Source: Adineta vaga
Taxonomy: Eukaryota > Animalia > Rotifera
Length of the DNA stretch: 64,000 bases
Assembly (NCBI GenBank): GCA_021613535.1
Contig: CP075494.1
Location: 3,162,001-3,226,000 of the forward strand
Direction: 5' to 3'
The notes beneath the pieces were generated by a model. That model was not told the origin of the DNA, ran no database searches, and saw nothing but the letters and a program-made list of their open reading frames with translations. Shown piece after piece: positions 39,811 to 52,331 of the stretch (positions are counted from its first letter, which is position 1; each line of letters opens with the position of its first letter). A program made the translations under genes and the position numbers.

Positions 39811-40389
39811 TTATAAATCAGTTTTCTGATGTGAATGAAAATGAACATCTGAAACTTTTTCTTTTGGATAAGTAAGATCAACAATAGATAAGTTATTCTT
39901 TTGACAATAATCGATATATTTTTGGAAAACTGATCTCCAATCTTCAATTTCTTTTGTTTGACCATATTCATCTAAATATTCCAATGCACCCCAAACGAAA
40001 AATAATGTTTCTGTTTCACCATGATTGTTATCAATAAATAACGTATGAACAGATCCAGGTGTTTCATGAACAACATCACCAGCATGCGATAACCATTCTG
40101 GATGTTCACGATAACCCCAAGCACCTTTCAATGTATAACCATAAACTTGATCGTAATGTCTATGTGTACCTAAAACAGCGCCCGGTGGTCCTTTTAAAAT
40201 ATTAACCCATAAACCTGTATGAGGATCGACTTGTATTAATTTCATTGTTAAATTATATTTTGGATCACCATATGGTATAAAATGAGAATTTTTCGAAGAA
40301 ATATATGTTGGACCATTGGCTAGTAAAGAACTCAAATCGATTTCAATTGTTATTCCAATGAATAGAAAAAATACGAATATCTTCAACAT
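39811..40389 (-). CDS. 2,4'-dihydroxyacetophenone dioxygenase-family cupin with signal peptide
   Basis: THRH..VYGYTLKGAWGYREH..W...AG..V.ETPGSVHTL; hydrophobic N-terminus MLKIFVFFLFIGITI. Confidence 0.82.
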   Translation of the reverse strand: MLKIFVFFLFIGITIEIDLSSLLANGPTYISSKNSHFIPYGDPKYNLTMKLIQVDPHTGLWVNILKGPPGAVLGTHRHYDQVYGYTLKGAWGYREHPEWLSHAGDVVHETPGSVHTLFIDNNHGETETLFFVWGALEYLDEYGQTKEIEDWRSVFQKYIDYCQKNNLSIVDLTYPKEKVSDVHFHSHQKTDL

Positions 40390-40720
40390 TTTCTTTGTTT
40401 ATGCGTGAAATGAAGATGCATATCTTTTATCTCGAATGAATTTATCTTCTTCTAGAAAAGAAAATTCTTTCCTTCATGAATATCGACAAACATTTTAACT
40501 CAGATGTCACTATAGGAGAGCAAACATAGTTAAAAATAACATTCCTTCTTTGTATGAACTCATGGTTTGTAGAATAAAATTCTTCATTTTATCAACAGAA
40601 AAGAATGTTACTAAGAAAAAGACGAAGAAAAAAGATATGTTATCTCTGTTTAGTTCTTGATTAACACACCTTTATATACCAAAGAAAAGAAGTTATTTTG
40701 TTAAAATTCATTTGAATAAA

Positions 40721-42514
40721 ATGAATTGTTTGTATCTTTTTCTTCTATTACTTTTTGTAATACAAAGTAAATATACACAAATTTGAAAATTGTTTTTTCT
40801 AATATTTCAATTCAAGGTAATGGACAACTTCGTTTCGCCAACTATTTTTCCGACAACATGGTCTTACAACGTGCACCACAACGTGCAGTCGTTTGGGGAT
40901 ATGGTGATACAGACGTGCTAACAACATTACAAATGAATAATAAAATCTATAAAACTCAGAGTGAGACGAAAGTCATTGAGAAATTAGGCGCAAGTATTTG
41001 GTCTGTTACACTCGATGCTGAAAGTGATGAAGGTCCATTTGAAGTTGTTGTTAGTCAACCATTAGCTAATGGAACACTTGCAACGATTTCATTGAAAAAT
41101 GTTTTATATGGTGATATTTGGATTTGTTCAGGACAATCCAATATGCAATGGGCTGTTAGTCAAGTATTTAATGGTTCAACTGAAATTGCTAATGCAGGAA
41201 ATTATCCAAAAATACGTTTATTTGGTGTTGCAAGAGTTGGTTCAGCAACACCAGTTGAAGAAATTCCATCAATTGGAATGAAATGGTCTGTTGCTTCGTC
41301 AGGTGTTGTCGGAAATGGTTATGCTTCAGCTGTTTGCTGGATGTATGGACGAATGATTCATACTGCTTTGAATGGAAGACCAATTGGTCTTATAAATACA
41401 TCGTGGGGTGGAACTGCAATTGAATTATGGATGCCAAGACAAGCTTTAACAGATTGTGGAATTACAAAGTAGATAGAATACAATTTCATTTCTCTCATTT
41501 TTCATTTCTTTGCTTTAGAAAGAAAAAAGCACGAAAAGAAATTGATCAATTTGAAGATATGGAAAAGGTCGCGGCGACAAATACTGAATTATATAATGGA
41601 ATGATATATCCATTTACACGAATGGTTGTAACAGGTGCGATTTGGTATCAAGGTGAATCGAATTCAAATTATAATCGTGATAAATATGTTTGTACATTTT
41701 CCAAAATGATTCAATACTGGAGACAAGTTTGGAATACACGAACAAATGGAATAACTAATCTACAATTTCCATTTGGTTTTGTTCAAGTAAATATCTTTTT
41801 TTTTTCTTTTCTCTTCAAATATTCTCTTCAATTTTAAGTTATCAACCAATAGAAATTCAACGAGTTTTGCTGGAGGTTTTCCATGGATTCGTTGGTATCA
41901 AACATTTAGTGTTGGTTTTGTTCCAAATAATGTTGTACCGAATGTGTTTATGGCAGCTGCAATGGATTTACGAGATGACCCCGGAGGGTATTTTTAATAT
42001 ATTTCTTTCAAAAGAGATTATATAGAGTGCATGTTTAGTATTCATCCACGTACAAAAACAGATGTTGCTTATCGTTTATCACGTGCTGGTTTAGCAGTTG
42101 CATATGGACAACAACTTGAATATCAAGGTCCAATTGTATCAAATGTCGTTGTTTCAAGTGCAACTTCATCAATTGAAGTTACTTATACAAATGTTACTGC
42201 GATTGAATTTAGAAATCCAAATGGATTTGAAGTAAAGAAATAAGAAGAAAATCTCTATTTCTTTATAATGATTTTTTTTAAAGGTTTGCTGTGAAGGTGC
42301 ATCATGTACAAATGATAATCCTTGGTTATTAGTAACAGCAGCATCAAAAAGTTCATTATCCGTCACACTTCCAATACCGAGTTCATGTGCATCAAAAACA
42401 ATTTATGGTATTCGTTATTTGTGGCGTGAAACACCCTGTGATTTTAAACAAGCAGCTATTTATAGTTCAACAGATGCAAATCTTCCGTCACCACCTTATA
42501 TGAAAGTATTTTAA
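40721..42514 (+). CDS. SIAE: Sialate O-acetylesterase (SGNH hydrolase), secreted; about 6 exons
   Basis: FANYFSDNMVLQR, CSGQSNM, SWGGTAIE, WYQGESN, IHPRTK; signal-peptide exon at 40721. Confidence 0.9.
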
Positions 42515-42595
42515 ATTGAACAGTTTTGTTTATTGAGAAAAACGTTTTTTGTTTGAAAAAGAAAAGATTCATATTTTCAATAAATGATGTCATTC

Positions 42596-45465
42596 TTACA
42601 TCGTATTTACGCATTGATATATATATATATAACGTATCATTATTTTGGGTTTCGAATATTGCTTTCGTTGTTGTTGTCGACGTTTTCTAGCAAGATACAT
42701 TCGATCTTTTGCTACTGGATCTATTTTAAATATGTATTTTAACATATCCATCACGAAAATTAGAGAAAGAACAGTAATAATAGCTATTATGGCGATATAT
42801 CCAATAGATTTTTTGACGACAGCTTTGACAACGAGTGATGTACTTTTGATTTCACAATATTGACCGGTAAAATCATTGGTCGTACATTCACATGTGGAAT
42901 TGAGTAACGATGGACGACATTGTCCATTATTTTGACAGTAATCGATCATCGATTCGCAGTGCAGACCTTCATAACCAGTATTACATTCACAATGAAATGT
43001 TGTAAGGCTAGTTTCATTACACTGGCCATGATTAAGGCAAGTCCATGATTTACAAGGTCGAATATCGATCTCACAATGTGAACCATTGAAACCTGGAATG
43101 CATGTGCATACATATGAAGATGATGAATTATTCATGCATGAACCATTGTTAAGACATGAATTCTTCATTTGACAAAGATTAGTCGTAACATTGCAATTAA
43201 CACCTATGTTACCATTAGTACATGTTAATGGCTGCCAGACAGATGAATAAGACTTTCCGACTGTTGATAGTACTGTGATTTGGGTTGAGGGTAGGAAGGT
43301 TGCGACTGTTAAAGCAACAGTTGTGGATATGCTACTTGTGTGTAGATCATCAGTCGATAATGTTGATTGTAAAGTAGTAAGTCCAGTACTTTGTTCGGTA
43401 GAGAACAATATCTCGGAAATATTTGGTCCACAAGTGATGACTCCGAAATTCGGAAATAGATTGGAAGCCAAATAGTATGTTGTATTCGACCCCACTTGCC
43501 GACGTGTGACGTTCACTGACTGTGTCATGTCGATCATTGTCAAATTTCCATCAAAAAAACAATTCAGTGGACAATTGTAGAGAATTGTATTTGTTGTAAT
43601 ATTTATTTTAGTAAAATTTGAGGGTCCTAAACATTTAAGATCAAAGTTCAACGTGTGGTCATCGCCAAATGTACTGCAGTTATAGATATCAATAATATCG
43701 AAATCAGTCGGAATAGTTGAACCATTCTTTGTGTGCATATCTACAAACTTATGTGGAGACTGTGAGCCTGTTCAAAGATAAGACACATAGATTCTATTGA
43801 TTTTTTTTAAATATGAAACTGTTGTCGCTTACCTTTTCCACAAGCACAGCAGTTGAGTTCTGGAAAATTAAAACTTGTACCTAATGTCCACTCATTACCT
43901 GGTGTAAAAGTTCCTCCTGCACAAAGCTTCCCAATAACTTCATATTCGAAACAAGTCCATCCCTTTGCCGTAGGACTTTGAGCATAGTTATTTGTCCAAT
44001 TGGGCGTATCAACGCAATCTAGTTAACGAAAGTAAATATTTGCATTTTATTCATTCAATCATACATAATTACTTGGTGGTACATATCGATTTGTGACTGT
44101 TGTTGATAGACATTGTATGAAGTCATGTCGACATAACATAGGAACATTTGGTGGTGTTTGATTGAGTTCACAGGAAAAATTGTAATCAATTGTTGTCCAA
44201 TTCGTATAATACAAGAGATAATTGTCGTGTGGAATTCGAAGCACATATGATATTGATGAATTTATTGTGTTTATAATCAATGTACAGTTGAATAAACTGA
44301 AATTATCATTGATAATCGTTGTAATCGATGTTATTGGATTTGATAATACTTAACAGATCATGTTACATTTTTAGCTGTTCCCATATGTATTAATACAATG
44401 CAAATTAGTGTCATTGGAATTTATTGTATTGTTTGTTAATTCTGGAAGAGCTTTTGTGGCTCTAAAATCAGACTATGGAACGAACCACAATGGCCAACCT
44501 AAATATATCGAAAAAGATTCTGAGAGACTTTAAAACAACATGTTAGATTCAACCTTTGCCACAACCACAACAATTAAATTCAGGATACTTATAAATTGAG
44601 CCCAGTGTCCATTCGTATTGAGTTGTAAAAGTTCCTCCACTACAGAACCAATATTTATCTTCATACTTTTTACAATCATATTCTGATGTCACATTATTAA
44701 CAGTATAGCCGTTTGTCCAATTTGATGTATCGATGCAATCTAAATAAATGTAACTTCACTTAAATTAGATGGTAAAATTACATCAGAACACGAAAAATTA
44801 TAATCATTTGTTGTCCAATTAGTAAAATAGATTAAATAATTATCTTGAGGAATTTGAAGAATATATGATATTGACGCGTTTGTTGTCTGCAAAATCAATG
44901 TACAATTAAACGAACCAAAATTATTATCGGTAATATTTGTCAATGAGATTATTGGATCAATCCATGTTTTACATGTCATGTTACATACATCAGAATTACC
45001 AAGAGAATCGATACATTGTAAATTAGTTACACTGGAATTTCCATCATTGCTTGTTAATTCAGGAATAGCTTTAACAGCTTTATAACCGATCTTTGGAACA
45101 AACCATACCGGCCATCCTGTTGACGTTAAAAAAATTTTATGAAAGAAATAATTGAAAAAGTTTTATTTTTTACCTCTTCCACAAGCACAACAATTCAATT
45201 CAGGATAACGATAAGTATTACCTCCCGTCGAATAGGTACCCCACTGAAAGTAACCATTAGCACACAATGATCCATTAAACGCATAGTCGTTGCATTGATA
45301 ATTATTACCATTATTCCAATTATCAGTATCATTACAAACTATTGCATTCGATGGTCTATAAAAGAGAATACGAAAATGATCTACTCAAAGAAAAGAAAGA
45401 TTTACGTACATAATCCATTGAAAAAAGCAACTAATAAGACTTAATTGAAGATCAAAAAACTTCAT
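42596..45465 (-). CDS. Type I membrane protein: three Cys-rich modules, two repeated spacer domains, S/T stalk, EGF repeats, TM
   Basis: Signal exon at 45465; three P-E-x-N-C-C-x-C-G-[KR] exons; EGF repeats CLNNGSC..CTCIPGFNGSHCE; TM then basic tail. Confidence 0.82.
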
Positions 45466-45717
45466 TCTATTATTTCTTTTAATGTCAATATCGTTTGTTG
45501 GCACAATCAAATGAAAACAGGCATTTTGTTTAACTGCCTATTTTCTCATTTGTCTTTTTCTTACATTTGCAAATTCTGAATTTTGGACAACTTTTCTAGA
45601 CTAAAACAAATATGAAACATGTACTTTTTTCTATATTTATTTTTCAAAATTGAAACTCTATATTTCTATCTTCGATTCTTTTCTTATTCAACGTTACATT
45701 TTCAAAACAAATATGAT

Positions 45718-46113
45718 TTAAAAAACTTTTTTTCCGAAATAATCTAAAATTTTTCTAATTAAATAACTAAAAATAAGTCCAATAAACCACATGAAATAAG
45801 GTATCAAACGTTTAAAATATCGTCGAAATAAAGCATATGGTTTGTTTTCTTCGATTTTAAATTTTTCTTTGGCATTTCTATAAATAGTCGTATATTGTAA
45901 ATCATGTTTGTATTTACATTTATCAAATTTACAATTTCCACGAATAGAATAAATACAAATATCATCAGGTAAACCAATCAATGGACATGAACTTGATTTC
46001 AAACAATTCTTCTTTTGAAATTCACATGGATGCGATGGTTTTAAGAAATTTTTAAATTCGTTTTTGATATGTTCATCAAGTCTTTTATTATAATCGTCTT
46101 TGAAAATTTCCAT
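45718..46113 (-). CDS. Small Cys/His (CCCH-like) protein with C-terminal hydrophobic anchor
   Basis: CIYSIRGNCKFDKCKYKH; LIPYFMWFIGLIFSYLI. Confidence 0.55.
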   Translation of the reverse strand: MEIFKDDYNKRLDEHIKNEFKNFLKPSHPCEFQKKNCLKSSSCPLIGLPDDICIYSIRGNCKFDKCKYKHDLQYTTIYRNAKEKFKIEENKPYALFRRYFKRLIPYFMWFIGLIFSYLIRKILDYFGKKVF

Positions 46114-46645
46114 TGAAACTTTTTGATCTAAAATATTTATTCAAAACACCTTTTTTGAAGAACAAAAACGAAGAAAAAGAGTTTTGTTGTAAAAGAAAAG
46201 AAAGATAAAATGTACGTTATCGAGTAGTTAAATTATCAAGTTTAAAGAATTCTTCATAACTTTTCTTACATTTTATTTACATATTGATTATAATCTCAAT
46301 TAGTTTACATGATGATTTGAAATGAAGAAAAAAAAACATCATTTTCATTTTTATGATCCTTTACGATAAATATTTTATGGTAGCTCTTTTGTTTCTTCCT
46401 CAAATCATATACAACGATGATGAGGTAAAAAACATGAATGAAAGGAAAGAAATTTACAATCGTCTATATTTTGTCATTCTTTCTCTTTCTACTCGTAATA
46501 TACCAAGACAAAAAATATTAAATGAATTGAGATATTTGCTTGCTGAAAATAAGACTATTATTCATTTATTCACATAAGAAAGAATAAGTTATAAACATGG
46601 ATTATTATTGCTTCAATTATCGAAAGAAAACAAAGTAGATAAAAT

Positions 46646-47050
46646 ATGGGTACAGCACCTGATTCACAAGATGAATTTATAGCTGAATTCGAAAAGAAGT
46701 TTGGCAAAAACGGACAAATCAATGCTGAACAAGCATGGACATTATCAAGAGAATATCATACAAAAAAGAAGGAACATGAAAATGATGATAATGATGAAAA
46801 ACCAAAGAACAAAAATCGTAGTAGTCGAAATAAAGATCGTGATAGTGATGAAGATGACAGAAGAAAAAAGGAGAAGGAGTCCGATGGCGATCATGACAAG
46901 AGACGAAAGAAAGATAAGAAGCGTGGTAAAGATAAAAGTGGTGATCGACGATCACCTGGTAAAGCCCATGGTCGTGGTCATGAACATCATAAGAAGAAAA
47001 AACATGGAAGACGTTCATCACGATCTGGTTCATCTGGATCAAGTTCATAG
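46646..47050 (+). CDS. Small highly charged low-complexity protein
   Basis: 134 aa, K/R/D/H/S-rich, followed by an AATAAA signal. Confidence 0.6.
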   Translation: MGTAPDSQDEFIAEFEKKFGKNGQINAEQAWTLSREYHTKKKEHENDDNDEKPKNKNRSSRNKDRDSDEDDRRKKEKESDGDHDKRRKKDKKRGKDKSGDRRSPGKAHGRGHEHHKKKKHGRRSSRSGSSGSSS

Positions 47051-47813
47051 AAGACAATATTTAATTACTACTAAAATAACTATTCATTTATTGAAATAAA
47101 AATAGTTTATACATCTGCCCTGGATGAAAGGTAGAGAGAAGAAAAAGAACGAAGAGTGAAATACGTATTTTACCGAAGAAAGATAATTCATATAAATATA
47201 CTTATGTACATCTTTTTCTGAATATGAATGACTTTCAAGATCGTGCAAACTGTTGAGACATTTTCTTTAACATATTCATCGATAGATTTGTTTTAAACTA
47301 TAATAATCATGATAAAAACACGTATCTTCATTGAGTTTTAACTATTTACTTGCATTTTTATTCAGTTCAACTAAAACATAATACTTATTGAAAGAAAAGT
47401 TCTATTTCATTGTATGTAAATTGTTTTTTTTATGAAATATTCTAGTATATTTTTATATGACCAAAAAAAAATGATAATAAATAATAACTCAAAGCTATTC
47501 TTTTTTGTGGTAGGTCAAATAAAAAATATCTATTCATCATGTTGACGATTTTTCTTTCATATATTCTGACTACAAAATGAAACGAAACTATCAGTACATC
47601 TGTAGATGAAATATGTTTTTTTTCGTTCTTCAGATAGAGAAAAAAATACTTTGTAAAATCATCGTATTTTTCTTGTTCTGTATATCTATCTATTAAAAAC
47701 ATGTTGACACGTATTTTTTCTTTTTATAATCATTCATTCGGAACAAAACTTTGGTTTATTTTAGCCAAAAAAAGTATTGCTAACTTATTTATACTTAAAG
47801 TGAAGAAGAAATT

Positions 47814-49365
47814 ATGTCAATAAATCCCACTGGTCGTCGTGAATGTTCCGTTTGTCATGAGGAAAAAATCACGTATCAATGTAAAGGATGTGCTAAAGAT
47901 TTTTGTTACAAACATTTAACCGAACATCGACAAATATTTATTGATGAATTAGGTATTGTTGAAAATGATCGTGATCAATTTCGTGAAATACTTCTTCAAC
48001 AAAAAGAAAATTTACCAAATCATCTAACAATGCAAAAAATCAGCAAATGGGAAACGGATTCAATAAAAAAGATTCAACAAACTGCTGAAGAATGTCGAGA
48101 AATTTTCATGTTTGAAGCTTTACAATGTTATGGGGAAATTGAAAATAAATTAAATAGATTACATAGTGATATTGAAATAACAAGAGAAGAAAATGAATTT
48201 AATGAAATTATTTTAGAACAGTTAAGAATTAAATTAACAAAATTAATTGAAGAACTTGCAAGAGCTCCAAATGTTACAGTTCAACAAGATTCAGCAACTT
48301 TTATTCAAAGAATATTTATTATTTCATCAGCAAATGGTAAGTTCAATATTTTCTCTGTATTCATAAAAATCTTTCATGTTTTTTATTCGAGGAAATGAAA
48401 TTTCTCGTCAAGGACAAACAAAAAATCCTGCTGCAATACAAATAAATAAAACGAATTCGAAATTTCTTACCAATGGAATAACAATTGCTGGTGGAAATGG
48501 TGAAGGACAAAAAACAAATCAATTAATTTCACCAGAAGGTATTTTTATTGATGAAGATTTCAATATGTTTATTGTTGATTGTGGAAATCATCGAATTCTT
48601 AAATGGAAATATGGAGAAAAAAATGGACAAATTGTGGCGGGTGGAAATGGAAAAGGTGATCGTTTAGATCAATTAAATGAACCAACTTGTGTTGTTTTTG
48701 ATAAAAAATCAAATTCGATTTTTATTTCGGATTGGGGAAATAAAAGAATTATGAAATGGTCTCTCGAAAAATCAACAGTACAAGGACAAACTGTTTTATC
48801 CGACATAAAATCGTCTGGTCTTGCTTTAGATAATCAAGGTTTTATCTATATTTCGGATTGGAAAAGAAATGAAATTAAAAAATTTAAATTAACTGATCAA
48901 AAACTTGCAAACGAACAACTTATTGCCGGAGGAAATGGACAAGGAAATAGTCTTAATCAATTTAATCATCCTACTTTTATTTTTGTTGATAAAAATTCTT
49001 TAGCTTTATTTGTATCAGATCAAGGAAATCATCGAATTATGAAATGGAGTAAAGGTGCTAAAGAAGGTATTGTTGTTGGTGGATTCCGAGGACAGGGAAA
49101 TCAATCAACACAATTATCTCGTCCACAAGATATTTCTATTGATCAATTTGGTTATCTTTATATTGCTGATGGTGACAATCATCGCATTATTCGTTATTCT
49201 CCAAACGATCAACAAGGTACAATTGTTATCGGAGAAAAAGGTCAAGGTGATCAATCATTTCAATTAAATTCACCAAGTGGATTAACTTTCGATAAAGACA
49301 ATCATCTTTATGTTGTTGATTCATTAAATCATCGTATACAAAAATATCAATTGAATCTCAACTAA
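47814..49365 (+). CDS. B-box-like zinc finger + coiled coil + NHL-repeat beta-propeller; 2 exons
   Basis: CSVC..CKGC..FCYKHLTEH; intron about 48337-48391; repeats AGGNG..QL..P..I..D..NHRI. Confidence 0.9.
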
Positions 49366-50844
49366 CGAAATAAAGTTTCTCTTTTTCACAGTACACTTTC
49401 TTTTTCTTTTTATTAAACACATCAACTTATTCGAAATTTGTAGTTGAACTAGAAATAAATTAAAGAATTAAAAATACAATTTGTTTTCATTATTCTATAT
49501 ACTTTTTCTAAAAATGTTCTATTTATCACCATAACAGAAGCGTGGGGACCTTTAGAGAGCAAATATTTTCAGTCTCTATACAGGTGTCTTTAAACGAAAT
49601 TTGATATCGATGAGAAAAAAAATGTTTTTATTTCGTTAGTTACACAAATGTCACACTACGGTCATAGTGTAGTCGTCTGTTTACGATTTGATCTTAGGTA
49701 AAAGTTAAATTTTCTGTACAACAGAATTGGATCAAAATGGTTATTTTTAAATTGAATAATTCAATATAAATATATTTGTATGCTTTCATTATTTTGAGAC
49801 GCAACGAGAATATTTACGTATTATGATTTATTTATTCTTCAAATGAAAGAAAGATGCATATCTCTTTCACGTGTACGGCTATTGAGCGTAATTGTTTTCT
49901 TTTATTTTCAACTATAATATCTGCAGTTTGATTATGATTCTTTTTATCCGAACATTTTATTCTAAAGAGAAAGTTTCTTTTTAATAATACATATAATGTG
50001 TAATCTTGAGGATATGAGCATAGGTTATAAGAAGTGCTGCTTACAATCACACTCATGTGTGAGATAAAAATAAAAAAACGGATAAAGTTGGCTGTGGTGA
50101 AGTTCTGTTAACAACCATTGAAATGAGTCAGAGAAGCAATACAAATAGAAGAAAAACTTGTGTACAGTTGACGTGATTGCTCAGTGTGTTTTTTCCTTTC
50201 TTACAATGAAATAAATGACGGTAGAAGGAATTTTTCGTTGCATCATAACACAAATATTTCATCAATCAATATGCATTGTGATTATTCCAACTCACAGTAT
50301 TTTTAAATGAGTGGATTACTTCATGTTCTACTGTATTATTTAAATTCATCTGGTCAAACGTCATTGGATAGTTAAAAAGATTTGATAGATTATTTTCATT
50401 AAATATAATTCGTTTTCTGCAATTGACAGTAATAAACTGTATTTCAGTAGCAATATGGATAACAGTCAACTTATACCATCGACAAGTTTAAAACTCGTCA
50501 GAAACGATACACAATCAAAGCCACTATTTGAACGATTTCCATCTACGATTCTAGAGAAAGCTGATAGTCGAAACAAAGAGCGTGGTATGTTTTTCACAAG
50601 TTATGAGCTTTCTATCATTTTCTCTCTTCCTAGATACCCAAGCTACTGTTCAAAGTCCTAAGCAGAAACGACAACTTAAATAATGTTCAAGCTAATATAT
50701 TTTTTTATGATCATTTTTAATCTTGATTGTTTTAATAAATATTCATAGTAAATGTTTGACTAAATTTAGTCTTGAAAATCAAATAGACTAATTTGTACAA
50801 AAAAAAAACTGCTTTACTTTTAGCTATGCTTTCAATCGTGTTAA

Positions 50845-50897
50845 TCGAGAGTGTGAAAGCGATACCCACACCCACACCCTCATTCCCATCCTTCAAG
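50845..50897. repeat. Telomere-like mini-palindrome (reverse orientation)
   Basis: Reverse complement: cttgaaggatgggaatgagggtgtgggtgtgggtatcgctttcacactctcga. Confidence 0.8.
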
Positions 50898-51072
50898 AAT
50901 AAATGAATTGAAAAAGAAGATTATTCTTGTTTTGAACTTATTTAGGATAATTTTTTTTGTGAAAAGAATATACGTGATTAGTTAATAAATTGTTCAGTAA
51001 ATAAAGAAAAGCAAGATTAAAAGTTGAAAAGAAAAAGAAATATTGATTGAAGAAGAATAAACACAATTTTTA

Positions 51073-52331
51073 TTACAAGGTTGAGTATTAGTTATTGACA
51101 ACACTGATGAGGAGGATGTTGTTGTTACTAAAGAATAAATAAAGAAATCTTTCCAGTATTTATTTGTAAAGATTTACTTTGTTTAGTAGTACTAGTTGAT
51201 GATGTTAATTGACGTAAAGTTGAAGTTATGAATGATGTTTGTGCTTGTGTTGCAACAGTATCTATGGAAAATTAAAACATCAATTTTTTTGTGGAATTTT
51301 ATGTAAATGATGATATTTGATAAAACTTACCACAAGAATTTTTTGTTAATGTAAACATTTGTACTCGTCCATTATCTTTATCGGTAACGTAAATATTTCC
51401 ATAATTATCAAAACTCATACTATAGGGATTTTTCAATTGAGATGCTGTTGAACCTGCTAGCCCTGAACATCCAACTAAACACTTATATCCATCTGCATTC
51501 GAACCAATAATACGATGATTATTTTGATCAACAAGAAATAAATATCCATCAGTATCTAATAAAATTGCTGATGGTCCATTCAGAGTAAATGTTGGTGTTG
51601 TTGATCCACTTCCCACTACGGTTATTCCATTTGTTTGTCCATATAAAAATTTTTGTATTCGATTGTTATTTCCATCAGCTACATATAAATCAAAATTGAT
51701 ATCAACAAAAATTCCACGCGGCCAATTTAATGTATTTGGAGTATTTCCTACTGTACCAGTTCCTGCAACTGTCTCTGTCATATTTCCACGAATCTTCAAA
51801 GATATTTTGATAACTTTATGAATATTGAGAGAACAATAAAGAGTATTATTCTCATCAATAAATAAACCATAACATCTTCCACCAGCAAAGTATGTTACAA
51901 TAGAACTTCTTGTAGAATTCTTTGTCCATTTATTAATTTGATTGTTTATATAACCATTATCAACAAATATATCTCCATTACTTGAAACAATTAAACCAAG
52001 TGGATCAACTAAATCATCAGTCAATGTTCTTGTAACATTGGTACTGGAATTGTGCCATATTTGAACACGATTAGAAGTTCGATCAGTTACATGAATAGTG
52101 CCATTGATATTGACAAAAACTGTACCAGGATTTGAACCAATTATACTACTATTCGCAAAAGTCGTACCATTTGGATTCCATAATGCACATCTGCTAAATT
52201 TTGGTCGATTAATTGATACAACTACAGAAAGATTTCTAAGTAAGAAAGAGGAATTTTCGATATTTACCTGTATTTTGACTGTTTACCAAAAATAAACATA
52301 AGCATAGATAAAAACAATGGATGAATAACAT
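51073..52331 (-). CDS. Secreted NHL-repeat protein with Ser/Thr tail; multi-exon
   Basis: Signal peptide MLFIHCFYLCLCLFLVNS; RPKFSRCALWNPNG; LNWPRGIFVD..DGNNNRIQ. Confidence 0.85.

Noticed and set aside
46701-47099. Overlapping Met-rich and His-rich ORFs
   Set aside because: Shadow frames of the low-complexity gene at 46646-47050.
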